From Chiloscyllium plagiosum (taxonomy: Eukaryota), in contig NC_057718.1 of NCBI RefSeq assembly GCF_004010195.1, positions 22,798,952-22,860,951 on the forward strand: a DNA stretch of 62,000 bases, written 5' to 3'. A program made the translations under genes and the position numbers. The notes under the pieces were generated by a model that searched no databases, had not been told where the DNA came from, and saw only the letters and a list, made by a program, of their open reading frames with translations. Below are positions 26,753 to 39,724 of this stretch, in pieces (the first letter of the stretch is position 1; every line of letters starts with the position of its first letter).

Positions 26753-27360
26753 GTCATAGAGTCGTAGAGAGATACAACACAGAAACAGACCGTTCGGTCC
26801 CACTCGTCCATGCTGATCCAATATGCTAGATAAATCTAGTCCCGTTTGCTAGCATTTGGCTCATATTTTCTAAACCCTTCCTATTCATATACCCATCCAG
26901 ATGCCCTTTAAATGTTGTAATTGTATCAGCCTCTAGCACTTCCTCTGGCAGCTTATTCCATGCATGCACCACCCTCTGTGTGAAAAAGTTGCCCCTTAGG
27001 TCCCTTTTAAATCTTTCCCCTTTCACCTTAAACCTATACCCTTTAGTTCTGGACTCCCCCATCCAAGGGAAGAGACCTTGTCTATTTGTCCTATCCATGC
27101 CCCTCATGATTTTATAAACCTCTATAAGGTCACCACTCTGCCTTCGATGCTCCAGGAAAATAGCCCCAACTATTCAGTTTCTCCCTATAGCTTAAATAAA
27201 GGTAAGTATACCAAATGCTTTCTTCGCTATCTTATTTACCAGTGACTTCACATTCAAGGAACTATGAACCTGCACTCCAAGGTCTCTTAGTTCAGCAGGA
27301 ACTTATCATTAAGATGTATAAGTCATGCCTTGATTAGCCTTTCCAAAATGCAGCATCTCA
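26753..27360 (-). mobile_element. CR1/HER1 LINE 3' fragment
   Basis: RFKRDLRGNFFTQRVVHAWNKLP in ORF 26826-27107. Confidence 0.88.
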
Positions 27361-28929
27361 TGTTAAGTCTTGAAACCCAGGTCCAACCTGCCTCCAAATG
27401 GTCTACTTCCAATTTTAATGGACATTGAACAGGGTTAGGAAACCAACCCAATGCCAAGAGGTAGATTTGACAATGAAAGTATCAGACTGGCAGTCAGACA
27501 TTGATTTATAGTTTCAAATTGAATTCTGACTGGTTGAGCTTCTCAGGCACCTAAAGGAAGATAAGGGATAGTTGAAAATGGATGCAAGTGCCTTTTCCAA
27601 TTTTCCACTGGATTCATCATACCTGCCTCCCCAAACCCATGATGAAAGATGCTCCCCCTACCCCCTCCACCATTTAACCTGCCTCATCTCCATCCCGCAG
27701 CGATTATCCACAACCTCAATGTCCCAGTCAGCAAACCCCCGCATCTTTAACTCCCACAACCCAGGAGCCCCTGCAGCCTCAGAGTTCAAACCTTATCCCC
27801 ACACCTTGATCATGCCTTTTATTTTGTGAGCCTCCAACTTGACATCCCTCAACTATTAATCCTTTAGGCCTCCGATTTTGATCGAACACTCCGTGATGTG
27901 TGACCCCTCCCTCTCTCCCTCCCTAGTGCAGTCTAACTGCCAGCCTTCCTCTCAATCTGGCTGGCCACAGTCACGAAAGGTGAGAAAATAAACTGTGTAA
28001 CCAATGACGGAAGAGTCTGGAAATGAATTACTTCCGGGTTTCTCTACCTTGCCCCTGTTCCCCACCCCTCTTGTACCATCTCACTCCCTGTCTCCAAGTC
28101 AGAATCCAGGGCTTTGTTTCATTAAATTAGAATTGAGGATTTTTCATTGTTGGTTTCTATAAGAGAATTTGCTTTGAATTGCAACTGGACCATTGAAAAA
28201 AATGGAACGATTGCTTAATGAATGTTACCAAAGATACTTGAAGTGATACCTCACTATATTTAGTTCAAGACAATGAAAAGTGAAGAAATGAAGTGTTTTC
28301 TTCTTAAAAATAATAAACTTGAAATGGAATAATAGCCTGGTGGGATCAGGATCAATGCTCAGTGGAGGTTATTGACCTTCATAATATGACAAGTTTGAGA
28401 ATAGAAATGACAGCTGGAATGCATGCTGTTTTGCTGCAAAAGATGAACGATCTTTAAAAGCTTTGACAGCACACTGACCATGAAGGGTTTGTAATTTGAT
28501 GAAATGATGACCTTTATACTGCATGATGAGGCAATTAACTGGCCAAGGGGACTCTAAAAGGTCAGTACATGGTCTTCCATTGTGTAGACTTTGCCTCCCA
28601 AAACATAAGCTTGAATGAAAGCAATTTAGCACTGTCACAGCTAGTCCTTTGCTGATACTGTTTGAAAACAATTAACCAAGTGGGACAATGCATTATACGG
28701 TTGCCAGAGCGAGACTTCAATTAATCCTTTTGTCGTTTGAGAAACATCATCACTAAGCCCCTCTTTAGAATGTCATTAGCTCACTTACTTATCTAATAAA
28801 TGTTATTTGAAGACATCAAGCTTTATTACATTAAAGTCCCTTTGTAACTAGTAATAGCAGTAACAGTGACAACAATAATAGTACTAACAGTTTGTGGCTT
28901 TATCCCTTAAAAAAAACAAAACCGGAACC

Positions 28930-29509
28930 TGTTCCCACTTTCTCCCCAAAGCCTTTGAAGCCTTTTGTCCCAAGTGCGATATCCAACCTCTCATTGAAAT
29001 CATAACATTTCTTGACCTTAACCATTCTCTGTGGTAATCCATTCCTCAGGTTCAACACTCTCAGGGTGAAGAAATTTCTCATCATCTCAATCATAAATGG
29101 CCTAACCCCCATATCTTTAAACTGTGGCCCTTGTTTTCTGGATTCCCCCAACATCAAGAACATAATCCTTGCATCTATCCTGTCTAGCCTGTTAGAATTC
29201 GACAGGTTTCTGTGAGATCCCCCTCATTCTTCTAAACTCCAGTGAATAATAATCCGAAACGGTCCAACGTCTCCTCATATGTCAGTCCTGCCATCCTGGG
29301 AATCAGTCTGGTAAACCTTCAGTGCACTCCCACTATAGCCAGCACATCCTTCTTCGGACAAGGAGACCAGAAGTGCACATACTATTCCAGGTGTTGTCTC
29401 ACCAAGGCCCTGTATAATTGCACAAGCCATCCCTGACACCTCTCGTTGTGAAGGCCAACATACTATTTGCCTTCTTTAACACCTGCTGAACCTGCATGCT
29501 TACCTTCAG
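28930..29509 (-). mobile_element. CR1 LINE 3' fragment
   Basis: RNFFTLRVLNLRNGLP and VQQVLKKANSMLAF motifs. Confidence 0.8.
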
Positions 29510-31380
29510 TGTCAAAAAGTGTGGAGATAGAAAAGCACGGCAGGTTAGGAGGCATCCAAGGAGCAGGAGGGTCGATGTTTTGGGTATAAGCCCTTCATCA
29601 GGAATGTGGAGGGGGCCCAAGGGGGCTGAGAGATAAATGGGAAGGGAGATGGGGGCAGGAAGAAGATAGCTTGGAAGGAAATAGGTAGATAAATGTGAGG
29701 GGTTGATGGCAATACATCTGAGTGGAGGGTGGAGCGGATGGGAAGGAAGATGGACAGATAGGACAGTTCAAGAGGGTGATGCTGAGTTGGAGAGTTAAAT
29801 CTGGGATAAAGTAGGGGGAGGGGAGATGAGAAAACTGCTGCAATCCACATTGATCAAGTGTGATTGGAGGGTCCCAAGGTGGAAGATGAGGCATTCTTCC
29901 ACTAGGCATTGAGTGGTTTAGTTTTGGCAGTGGAGGAAACCCAAGTCCTTGGCAGAGTGGGAGTGGAAGTTTGAAGTGTTCGGCCATAGAACGGTGGGGT
30001 TGTTTGGTACATGTGCCCCAGAGATATTCTCGGAACTATTCTGCAAGTTGGCATCCTGTCTCCCCAGTGTAGAGGAGACCACGTTGAGAGCAATGGACAC
30101 AGTAGATGAGGTATTTGGAGGTGCAGGAAAATCTCTGCTGGATGTGGAAGGATCCTTTGGGGCCTTGGATGGAGATGAGGGGGGAGGTGAGGACTCAGGA
30201 TTTAGACCTCTTGTGATGACAGGGGAAGGTGCCAGGAGTGGAGGGTGGTTTGGTGGTGGGGGGGGTGGACCTAACAAGGGAGTCACGGAGGGAAAGATCT
30301 CTGCGGATGCAGGTAGGTGTGGGGTGAGAAATATATCTCTGGTGGTGTGGTCTGACTGCAGGTAGAGGACATAGCAGAGGATGATGCATTCTATCCAGAG
30401 ACTGGTGGGGTACAAGGTGATGACAGAGTGGTTCTATCCTTGTTGTGGTTGGAGGGATGGGGTTCAAGGGAGGAGGTGCAGGAAGTGGAGGAGATGTGCT
30501 GAAGGGCATTGTTGACCATGTGGGAGGGAAATTTGCAATTCTTGAAATTGGAGGCCATCTGGGATGTTCTGTGATGGAATTGATCCTCCTGGGAGCAGAT
30601 ACAGCAGAGGCAGAGGAATTGAGAATAAGGGATAGCATTTTTATTATAGAAGGCAGGGTGCTAAGAGGTGTAGTCCTTGTAGCTGTGATAGTCAGTGGGT
30701 TTGAAGTAGATGTCTGTGTTGAGTTGGTTGCCAGAAGTGTAGACGAAGAAGTCCAGCAAGGAGATGGAGGTGTCTGAGATGGTCCAGGTGAACTTGAGGT
30801 CAGGTTGGAAGGTATTCATGAAGTTGATGAACTATTCAACCGACTTGTGGGAGTACGGGGTGGTGCCGATACAGTCATCAATACAGCAGAAGAAAAGGTG
30901 GGGATTTGTGCCAATGTGGCTGCTGAAGGTGGACTGTTCCATGCACCTGACGAAGAGGCAGGCATAGCTGGGTCCCATGCAGGTGCCCATGGCTACCCCT
31001 TTGGTCTGAAAGAAGTGGGGGGATTGGAAGGAGAAATTGCTGAGGGTGAGGACCAGTTCAGCCAATGAAATGAGTGTGTCGGTGAATGGGGACTGGTTGG
31101 GTTGGCGGGAGAGGAAGAAACTGATGGCTTGGAGGCCTTCCTTAAGGTGAATAAATGTGTATAGGGACTGGATATCTATGGTGTAGATGATGAATTGGAG
31201 GCTGGGAAACCAAAAGTCATGAAGGAGGTGGAGGGTGTGGGTGGTGGCACAAATGTAAATGGAGAAATCCTGGACCAATAGGGACAGGATGGTGTCAAGG
31301 TATGCAGAGATAAGATCAGTGGGGCAGGGGCAGGTGGAGACAATGGGTCAACTGGGGCAGTCAGATTTGGGAATTTTGGG
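29510..31380 (-). mobile_element. Penelope-like retroelement remnant (RT plus GIY-YIG endonuclease plus 3' repeat with a degenerate hammerhead)
   Basis: RT motifs DIQSLYT, QTKGVAMGTCMGPSYACLFV and CIDD; GIY-YIG-like YLIYCVHCSQRGLLYTGET at ~30055-30112; terminal repeat 29510-29605 is homologous to family A hairpins. Confidence 0.88.
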
Positions 31381-31611
31381 TTTTTTTTAACAGCTATTTT
31401 TTTAACAGCTCATCTAACAGATCAAAGGGAGCCTTCTCTCCTTAGGCATTTGACCATGTGTAGTTTGCAGAATTTCTCTGTATATAATTCAAGAATCGAA
31501 AGGGAAAATTTGCTGTTTTGGCCTCCTGTATTCAACAGGAGAATTTTTGTTTTATCCAAAGAAATTGGAGATTGAATTGCGAATGTTTCTGTCTTTATGA
31601 TGGTTTTGTTA

Positions 31612-32865
31612 ACATAGAGTCATGGAGATGCACAGCATGGAAAAAGACCCTTCGGTCCAACCTGTCCATGCCGACCAGATACTCCAACCCAATCTAGTCC
31701 CACCTGCCAGCATCCGGCCCATATCTCTCCAAACTCTTCCTATTCATATACCCATCCAAATGCCTCTTAAATGTTGCAATTGTACCAGCCTCCACACTTC
31801 CTCTGGATCATTCCATACACATACCACCCTCTGTGTGAAAACGTTGCCCCCTTTTATATCTTTCCCCTCTCACCCTAAACCTATGTCCTCTAGTTCTGGA
31901 TTCTCCGACTCCAGGGAAAAGACTTTGTCTATTTACCCTATCCATGCCTCTCATAATTTTGTAAGCCTCTATAAGGGTGGCACGGTGGCACAGTGGTTAG
32001 CAATGCTGGCTCACAGTGCCAGAGACCCGGGTTCAATTCCCCCCTCAGGCAACTGTCTGTGTGGAGTTTGCACATTCTCCCCGTGTATGCGTGGGTTTTC
32101 TCCGGGTGCTCCGGTTTCCTCCCACTGTCTAAAAATCTGCAGGTTAGGTGAATTGGCCATGCTAAATTGCCCGTAGTGTTAGGTGTAGGGGGGTGGGTTG
32201 CTCTTCGGAGGGTCAGTTTGGACTTGTTGGGCCTAATCTAAAGGTCACCCCTCAGCGTCCGACACTCCAGGGAAAACAGCCCCAGCCTGTTCAGCCTCTC
32301 CCTATAGCTCAAATCAGCGTCCAACACTCCAGGAAAAACAGCCCCAGCCTGTTCAGCCTCTCCCTATAGCTCAAATCCNNNNNNNNNNNNNNNNNNNNNN
32401 NNNNNNNNNNNNNNNNNNNNNNNNNNNNNNNCTGAATTAAACTCCATCTGCCACTTCTCAGCCCATTGGCCCATCTGGTCAAGATCCTATTGTTATCTGA
32501 GGTAACCCTCTTCACTGTCCACTACACCTCCAATATTGGTGTATCTGCAAACTTACTAACTGTACCTCTTATGCTCACATTCAAATCATTTATATAAATG
32601 ACAAAAAGTAGAGGACCCCGTACCGATCCTTGTGGCACTCCACTGGTCGCAGGCCTCCAGTCTGAAAAACAACCTTCCACCACCACCCTCTGTCTTCTAC
32701 CTTTGAGCCAGTTCTGTATCCAAATGGCTAGTTCTCCCTGTATTCCATGAAATCTAACCTTGCTAATCAGTCTCCCATGGGGATCCTTGTCGAACGCCTT
32801 ACTGAATCCATATAGATCACATCTACCGCTCTGCCCTCATCAATCTTCTTTGTTACTTCCTCAAA
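31612..32865 (-). mobile_element. CR1/HER1 LINE with a nested HE1 SINE and an assembly gap (32379-32431)
   Basis: HER1 3' tail at 31612 and RT motifs on the minus strand to ~32865. Confidence 0.88.
31975..32240 (+). mobile_element. HE1-type V-SINE nested in CR1
   Basis: ggtggcacagtggttagca…gggttcaattccc head and V-domain. Confidence 0.88.
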
Positions 32866-32999
32866 ATTTGTCATCTCTATAAGCTTGATTTAACTGCTTC
32901 TTTTTCACAGCTGTCTTATGAGCTGGTGTGAAGTCTTTTCTTTGAATATTTACACAATTTAGGATTTAGGTTTTTTAGCCTTGAATAAATAATGCAGGT

Positions 33000-33213
33000 G
33001 GAGAAAGTGAGGTCTGCAGATGCTGGAGATCAAAGTTGAAACTTTATTGCTGGAACAGCACAGCAGGTCAGGCAGCATCCAGGGAACAGGAGATTCGACG
33101 TTTCGGGCACAGGCCCTTCTTCCTGAAGAAGGGCCTGTGCCCGAAACGTCGAATCTCCTGTTCCCTGGATGCTGCCTGACCTGCTGTGTTGTTCCAGCAA
33201 TAAAGTTTCAACC
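33000..33213. mobile_element. Near-perfect palindromic Penelope-derived element (family A)
   Basis: 14-bp TSD taaataatgcaggt (32986-32999, 33214-33227); 88-bp arms 33035-33122 and 33125-33212 with one mismatch. Confidence 0.88.
33120..33153 (+). ncRNA. Minimal type I hammerhead ribozyme motif (predicted cleavage after GUC at 33150)
   Basis: ttc-CTGAAGA-A-gggc/ctgt/gccc-GAAA-CGTC-gaa: both conserved boxes, 4-bp stem II, palindromic ACGU stem III, short stem I. Activity is not shown. Confidence 0.7.
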
Positions 33214-33269
33214 TAAATAATGCAGGTTTCTAACCAAACACTTCTGCTCTGGTTGTTTCACAAACTAAT

Positions 33270-34015
33270 CTGGAGTTGAAGGCATGTATTGTACCTTTAA
33301 GAGAGCGCAAAATCTGTTTTACACTGAGAGCGTGCAGGCAGTTGTCATGTGACTGACTAGCAGTCTCAGAGTGTACTGGAAAATTGAAACTATGTAATAT
33401 TTGGCTGTAAACTAGATACCTGAGTTGTTTGGACCACAATTTGAATGAAATCAATCAGTTTAAAATATGCCCCATGATACTAAAACCCATTTGCGTTTGA
33501 ATTTCTTGTTTTTGCCAACATCAAACGCATGAGACGATCTGATGTTTGGGGTATAAAGAAGCCGGCATGTTGGCGAGTTACAGTGAGACCAACTGCCATC
33601 GATAGAGTAACTGCCAGCAACACACTCTCTATCAAATGTACCTTTTTCATATGAAACATCCTTGCAGCAAAAGATCGAAGATAATCCAGGGAGATCCACA
33701 GACAGAGGGAGACAAACACTGATGATGACAGCTGCCGTGTCAGTTTGAAAATTAAATTGATGCAATTTTAATATGGATGGTTACTGGAAGAGTATATTGT
33801 TATAAAGTTGGAAGCAGATAATAAGCAGTTAAGAAAAAGGAGGCTTAGATTTGTAAATAGTTGTTGTTTAATGATCATTTTTAGAGTTAAAGAATAAATT
33901 GATAGTGGAATTTGGGAGTTCTCTTTCACTTATACTTTAACAGATTACGAGGTGAGGTGAGCTTTTCTGGGTGTTTGGTTTAATTAACAGAAGAGTTCAC
34001 CGTTGTGTTGTAACA
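33270..34015 (+). mobile_element. Solo LTR related to the 38297 LTR family
   Basis: gtacctttaagagag near the start, gggtataa TATA region, aataaa, and …gtaaca end; start is approximate. Confidence 0.65.
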
Positions 34016-36899
34016 GCTCCTTTCACTGAGGTAAATTATTCCCTTAACTGCTCTGAACAATTTTCATTTTCTAGGAGACACTATATTTGCTTCTGATCCC
34101 AGTCAGTTCTCCTTCAAAGTGAATCCAAAAACATTTAAGATAAGTAACAGAACTTGTCCATCTTAGATTTGGCTACAGCTAATGGCTTAGTGCTTCCTCT
34201 CACCTGTTATAAACCCCACAATATAAACCAACTTCCATTAACACTCCAAAGGGCATTGCATTGTCATCTGCTGTCTCTGACAGATTGGTTTTTAAGTCAT
34301 GCTTCTGGAAAGAATGACCAATTCACAAAAATAGATCAATATCTATTTTCCACTAGTTTAAGATTCAAAATACTAACCATGTATATAAAACATGCAAGCT
34401 TCATCACAGTGGACAAATTTCAACATCTCATAGAATAGGTTTATGTAGCCAGTATCAGTGTACAGTTGTTTTTTTTTGTGTGCTAGCAGTGGCCTGATGC
34501 TACAAGATAGTGTGTACCTTCTCCTAAAAAGAGAATTTCATCGAATAGTTTTTAAAATGTATACATTTCCCCTTGGTAGATCCAATACATAGTCATTGCC
34601 TGAACCTCAGAGGGAGACCACAAATATCATTTAGTATTGTTGGAGAGGACTCTAAGTATTAGGTTCAGTATCTCGAATTAATCTTTATTCTTAGCTCCTT
34701 ACCATGCAGCATGGGAGAGGTCTCTAGGACATTCTATCTTTCCCAATAAAGTATGGGATATTTATACATACTCTATTACAGTGGTTACATTCAACATTGA
34801 CGTTGGTGTTTGCTACATCCCCTCTGACTTGCACATTCAATCCTATGAATAAACGATCAATGATGGACAAAATTATGATCAACCTTCAGTCCTCTCATCA
34901 TCTTGTGATGTTTGTCAGACTCCCTATCACCTGTCCTTCTGCTCTTACTATACAACTTAAGGACCACATTCCAACATCGATTGTTCTTAGCCATTTTCCA
35001 GCTGCTAGTTGGTAACATTTTAATCAAGGTTCTCCAATGGTGTTTCTCTAAAACCAGTCTCTGTCCCCAAGACTGATTGCCTACAGAAATCAAATTAACA
35101 CTTCCAATATCTAATACATTAAAAAGGCTTTTATTGTATGAATATATGTGTCCATTCTAATATGTAATTATAATTATTTAAAAGGCCTCATCTAAGGTGG
35201 GTTAAGCTTTCTCTTTCTATTTCATATAAAAATCAGAAATTTCAAATCAGACGGTTTTTATCTGAGCTGCTTTATCGGAGTTTTGCAGTCTGCATACTAG
35301 CTTCATCTTACTTAGACTTGGAGGCATTTTGTTGTCTGTCTGTGAAAGCCATGATTTGAGCTATATGAAGTGCTGCATCAGCTACAATTTTCTCTACCAT
35401 TTTGTGTCAGTTAAAAAAAGCACAGGCAGCCATTTTGTCATATTCAGCCATGGGTAGCTATAAGAAGTACATTTTTAATCTTGCAATTCACACTACCATC
35501 AATCCCAAGCAAGTAGGGGTTGGACACTCCTAATGTAGGGAGTAAACGACATCGACTTCTGCCCTATGTAGCAATGGCTGTGCTTGGTGCAGGTGGAATA
35601 TTCTCCACTAACAAGCCCAGTGGGAATTCCATTAGGACATCATGCCTAATTAATCTTGCTAATCAACTCCTCTCGCTTTCTCTTCACATTACTATAGTTG
35701 CAGCCTTGTCATGAAATCAGAGAACATGCTGGTTATAAGCCTCATCGAAAGGGACTGCAGTGAGCATGCCAGCAGCAACACAGATCAGCAACATAATTCA
35801 TATACAAAGCAATAAACCGTTACAGGGCAGGGTACATGTAGAGCCTTGTTGGTCTTTTGAGATTTCTACACTTTCAGCTTTGCTACCAAACACCCAAATT
35901 TGTCATGTACCAATGCAGGGCATAATGTTTTGGAGATTACAAGTGATTTGACTGTTCATTTATTGCTTACAAAGTGTTTGAGTACAATACTTGTTGACAT
36001 TTACTGATAGTCTGTATGTAATTCAGTAAAATTTCAGCTAATGTAGTGAAATCAAATTTGCTCACATTTTCAATAAAATATGAATTTTATCTCCAGACTT
36101 ATAGATCTGTTGAACAAATTCTTTGATTCAGTTCCTTCCTTTGACTAACATTTTAAAAATGACTTGACAATTATTTATTAAAAATGTTGATTGTATTATT
36201 TTGACTAAATATAAACACTAACCAATAAATGAATGCCAAATATTTGATAAAAGTTGTTCATAGTAATGTATTGGCAAAGCTTGGTGATACATTGCCAAAC
36301 TATCTGATTGCTCATCTTTGTGATGAGCATTGTCAGGCCTCTGTCTCCGTGTAAACAGAAATGATTGTGGATTCCAGCTGCAAGCCTGGAATTATAAACA
36401 TGACTAATTTCTTCCCATCCTTTTCCTCATGGAATGTCTTTTCACATCATTCATGACCAGAAGTTTACATGTCACAATCAGTGTGCTTATTGTTATGGTC
36501 TCAGCTGATGCTACTGCTGGACACATCAGGTCCCGGAAAGAAACTTGGATTGATAGAATATATAACTTTTTAAAAGTTTTAATGTGGTGGACGTTAATTG
36601 AAGAACTGTGAAGTGTTCTTCAGTTCATAAATCTGAAAGCTCAGACCTTCTCAGTCCTTTAATAATCTGCAGGATTCACACACTCCTGGTCTTGGAAGTT
36701 ATTCAAATTAACTCTCTACGAAGAAAACATTTCCAGAGTGCCTCCATACTCTTTCTAAGGCAGAAACTGTACTGTGCTTCTGATCCTTGTCAGTTCTGCT
36801 CTGAACTGCTCAAAACTTTGAATCCCTGGGCTTCCTGAGCTAAAATCAGCCTTGGATTATCCAGAATCAAAAACAATGTAATGAGCCAGTGTAATCTTA

Positions 36900-37540
36900 G
36901 GATAAGGATAGCAAATTTTATACAGAGTTGAAGAGAAACCGCTACTCCCAAAGGGTTGTGAGTCTATGGAATTCACTACCCCAAAGCGACACGGGCGACA
37001 CGGTGGCACAGTGGTTGTGGGCGACACGGTGGCACAGTGGTTGTGGGCGACACGGTGGCACAGTGGTTAGCACTGCTGCCTCACAGCGCCTGAGACCCGG
37101 GTTCAATTCCCGCCTCAGGCGACTGACTGTGTGGAGTTTGCACGTTCTCCCCGTGTCTGCGTGGGTTTCCTCTGGGTGCTCCGGTTTCCTCCCACATTCC
37201 AAAGATGTGCAGGTCAGGTGAATTGGCTATGCTAAATTGCCCGTAGCGTTAGGTAAGTGGTAAATGTAGGGGTATGGGTGGGTTGCGCTTCGGCGGGTCG
37301 GTGTGGACTTGTTGGGCCGAAGGGCCTGTTTCCACACTGTAATCTAATCTAATCTAAAAAGCATGGTGGATGCTTGGATAGTGGGTAAATTTTAACAAGA
37401 AGTTAGACAGATTTTTAATTGGTAATGTGTTGAAGGGATATGGAGAGAAGGCAGGAAAATGGGGGAGAGGAGCATATCAGCCATGATCAAATGGTGGAGC
37501 AGACCCGATGGCCTAATTCTGCTCCTATACCTTATGAACG
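36900..37540 (+). mobile_element. CR1 3' fragment hosting an HE1 SINE
   Basis: RYSQRVVSLWNSLPQS resumes as atggtggatgct after the SINE; aaagc duplicated. Confidence 0.75.
36987..37356 (+). mobile_element. Young HE1-type V-SINE with a triplicated 5' head
   Basis: 26-bp unit gggcgacacggtggcacagtggttgt at 36993 and 37019, third copy from 37045; CpGs retained; (aatct)n tail. Confidence 0.9.
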
Positions 37541-37791
37541 TATGAGCTTCGATGTTTACATTCCCAGTCATAAATTCAGCATAGCCACATTCCATTAACA
37601 CTCCAGGTGTCCTTGCTCTCTAACGCAAAAAAATAGTGGAAGGAAAATAGTGACCTCAGAATTAGTCCTGAGCTGAAGGTTTTTCATGTGATTTTCCTCT
37701 GTCTTCTTGAGCAGAAAGCAGAAAGGTCTTCATTCAACATTACCTTTGGAACTTTCATAGTCCATAAATAAATAAATAGTTAAATTAGGAT

Positions 37792-38240
37792 ACTTGCTGG
37801 ATTGGAGGATTTGAGCTATCGGGAGGGGTTGAATAGGCTGGGGTTTTCCCTGGAGTGTCGGAGGCTGAGGGGTGACCTTATAGAGGTTTATAAAATCATA
37901 GATAGGATAAACAGACAAAGTCTTTTCCCTGGGATGAGAGAGTCCAGAACTAGAGGGCATAGGTTTAGGGTGAGAGGGGAAAGATTTAAAAGAGCCCTAA
38001 AGGGCAACTTTTTAATGCAGAGGGTGATGCATGTATGGGATGAACAGCCAGAGGAAGTAGTGGAGGCTAGTATAATTGCAACATTTAAAAGGCATCTGCA
38101 TAGGTAAATGAATAGGAAGAGTTTGGAGGGATATGGGTCGGGTGCTGGCAGGTAGGACTATTTTAAGTTAGGATATCTGGTCAGCATGGACACATTGGAA
38201 CGAAGGGTCTGTTTCTGTGCTGTATATCTCTATGACTCGA
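37792..38240 (+). mobile_element. CR1/HER1 LINE 3' fragment
   Basis: ORF 37802-38107 with LRGDLIEVYKI and ESRTRGHRFRVRGERFK. Confidence 0.88.
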
Positions 38241-39544
38241 TAAGTCTTAGTCAAGATTGCAAAAGACTGACTGAACTAGGTTTTTTTTTAACCCCTTGTT
38301 ATGAAGATGTGGGCGTAATGTACCTTTAAGAGAGTTAAAAACAACAGAACTACCTGACAGCACCAACTGTTCTGAAAAAAGATATAATGTAACCTTTTGG
38401 TCCAGCGGTTAGGGTAGCTTGTTACCTGGAGACAAAAAACAGACTTGAATTAGGCCAACCAGTTTAAATTATACCCCTAAAAAATACTGAACTCCAATCA
38501 GTTTGAATTTAGTATATTGACAATCTTAAAAGCCAATCACACAATCTGATGCTTGGGGGTATAAGACCATGGAAAATTGAACAGTTGGGAGGAGAACTGC
38601 CAAGCTACCAGCATGCAAAGACTGCCTGAAAAATAGCTCTTTTAAAGGTACCTTTATCAATCAGTAACCAGTGAAGCAGAATCCCCAACAAGAAGAAAAG
38701 AAGACAGGAATACAGAGAACAATGCTTGGCTTCGAGATAAGAAGTTTTGTTTTGTAAATCTTAATTGGGAGTTTTATTGGACTAGTATTGTGGAAGGGGA
38801 AGGTCAAAGATAGGTTAAAGGAAGGAGTTGTGAATAGTTGTTAGTTAATTATTCTCTGTTATACTTTAAGAAATAAAGTTGTTAATTTTTACTTTAAATA
38901 GTTCTTGGCCTCTCAATTTTCACAGATTACTACTCTGGATAAATCTTTTCTGTGTTGTTGGCTTTAAATTTAACAGGAGAGTTTACCCCATGCCTTAACT
39001 GTTTGGGGCTCGGGTTTGGGATTTGAACTGGTTTAGACAGATTTGAATAGATTTGGGGTTACAAAAAAGCCCAGCAGATTTAAACACTTGCAGTGTCCTA
39101 GATCTTTAAATAAAATGTAGGTGAGACAATTTGTTTAATTTTGGCAACTTGTGGTTGATTAAATTAAAAATGAGAGAAATGAGTCTTAAAATTGTTAAAA
39201 AAGGTTCTGGGATTTAAAGATGTTTCTCAAATTTGCCAAGAAAGTTTAGAAGGAAAGAGAAAGGCCATATTTTTAGAATTAGCAAATAAGTTAGATTTGG
39301 GTTTAACCGAGGACACAAGTAAAGCTGAAATTGTAAGGGAATTACTCAAACACTTAGGTGTGACAGAGAAATGAGTGCAGTAGAGATAGAAAAACTTAAA
39401 TTACAAATGAGGAAAATGGAGTTAGAAGATAAACAAAGGGAGAGAGAAAGGGAAAGAGAGAGCGAAGAAAGAGAAAGAGAGAGAAGAGAGGGAGAGAGAA
39501 AGAGAAAGAGAGAGACAGGAGGGTTTACCCCATGTCGTAACGGT

Positions 39545-39568
39545 TGGGGGCTTGTCCAGGATTTGAAC
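39545..39568 (+). promoter_or_regulatory. Primer-binding site complementary to tRNA-Pro (a second, more degenerate copy at 39004-39028)
   Basis: tgggggcttgtccaggatttgaac versus the tRNA-Pro 3' complement tgggggctcgtccgggatttgaac. Confidence 0.85.
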
Positions 39569-39724
39569 TGGTTTAGACAGATTTGAATAGATTTAGGGGG
39601 TACGAAAAAACCCAGCAGATTTAAACACCTGCAGGTTAGTGTCCTAGATCTTTAAATAAAACGTAGGTGAGACAATTTGTTTATTTTCAGTGACTTGTGG
39701 TTGAGTAAATTACAAGTGAGAGAA

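Noticed and set aside
27995..28045. CCAAT plus ETS-like (cggaag, acttccgg) motif cluster as a promoter
   Set aside because: No CpG island or downstream exon, and it appears to lie within a degenerate C-rich repeat
29918..30777. Pro-rich and Gly-rich ORFs of 110-165 aa
   Set aside because: Off-frame or antisense readings of the Penelope remnant
32252..32378. ~62-bp tandem duplication within a CR1
   Set aside because: Directly abuts an N-gap, so probably an assembly overlap artefact
37045..37115. tRNA gene
   Set aside because: The tRNA-like head continues into the V-domain and LINE-derived tail, so it is a SINE
39435..39515. GA-rich microsatellite as an independent feature
   Set aside because: It is the E/R/K-rich coiled-coil portion of the retrotransposon gag
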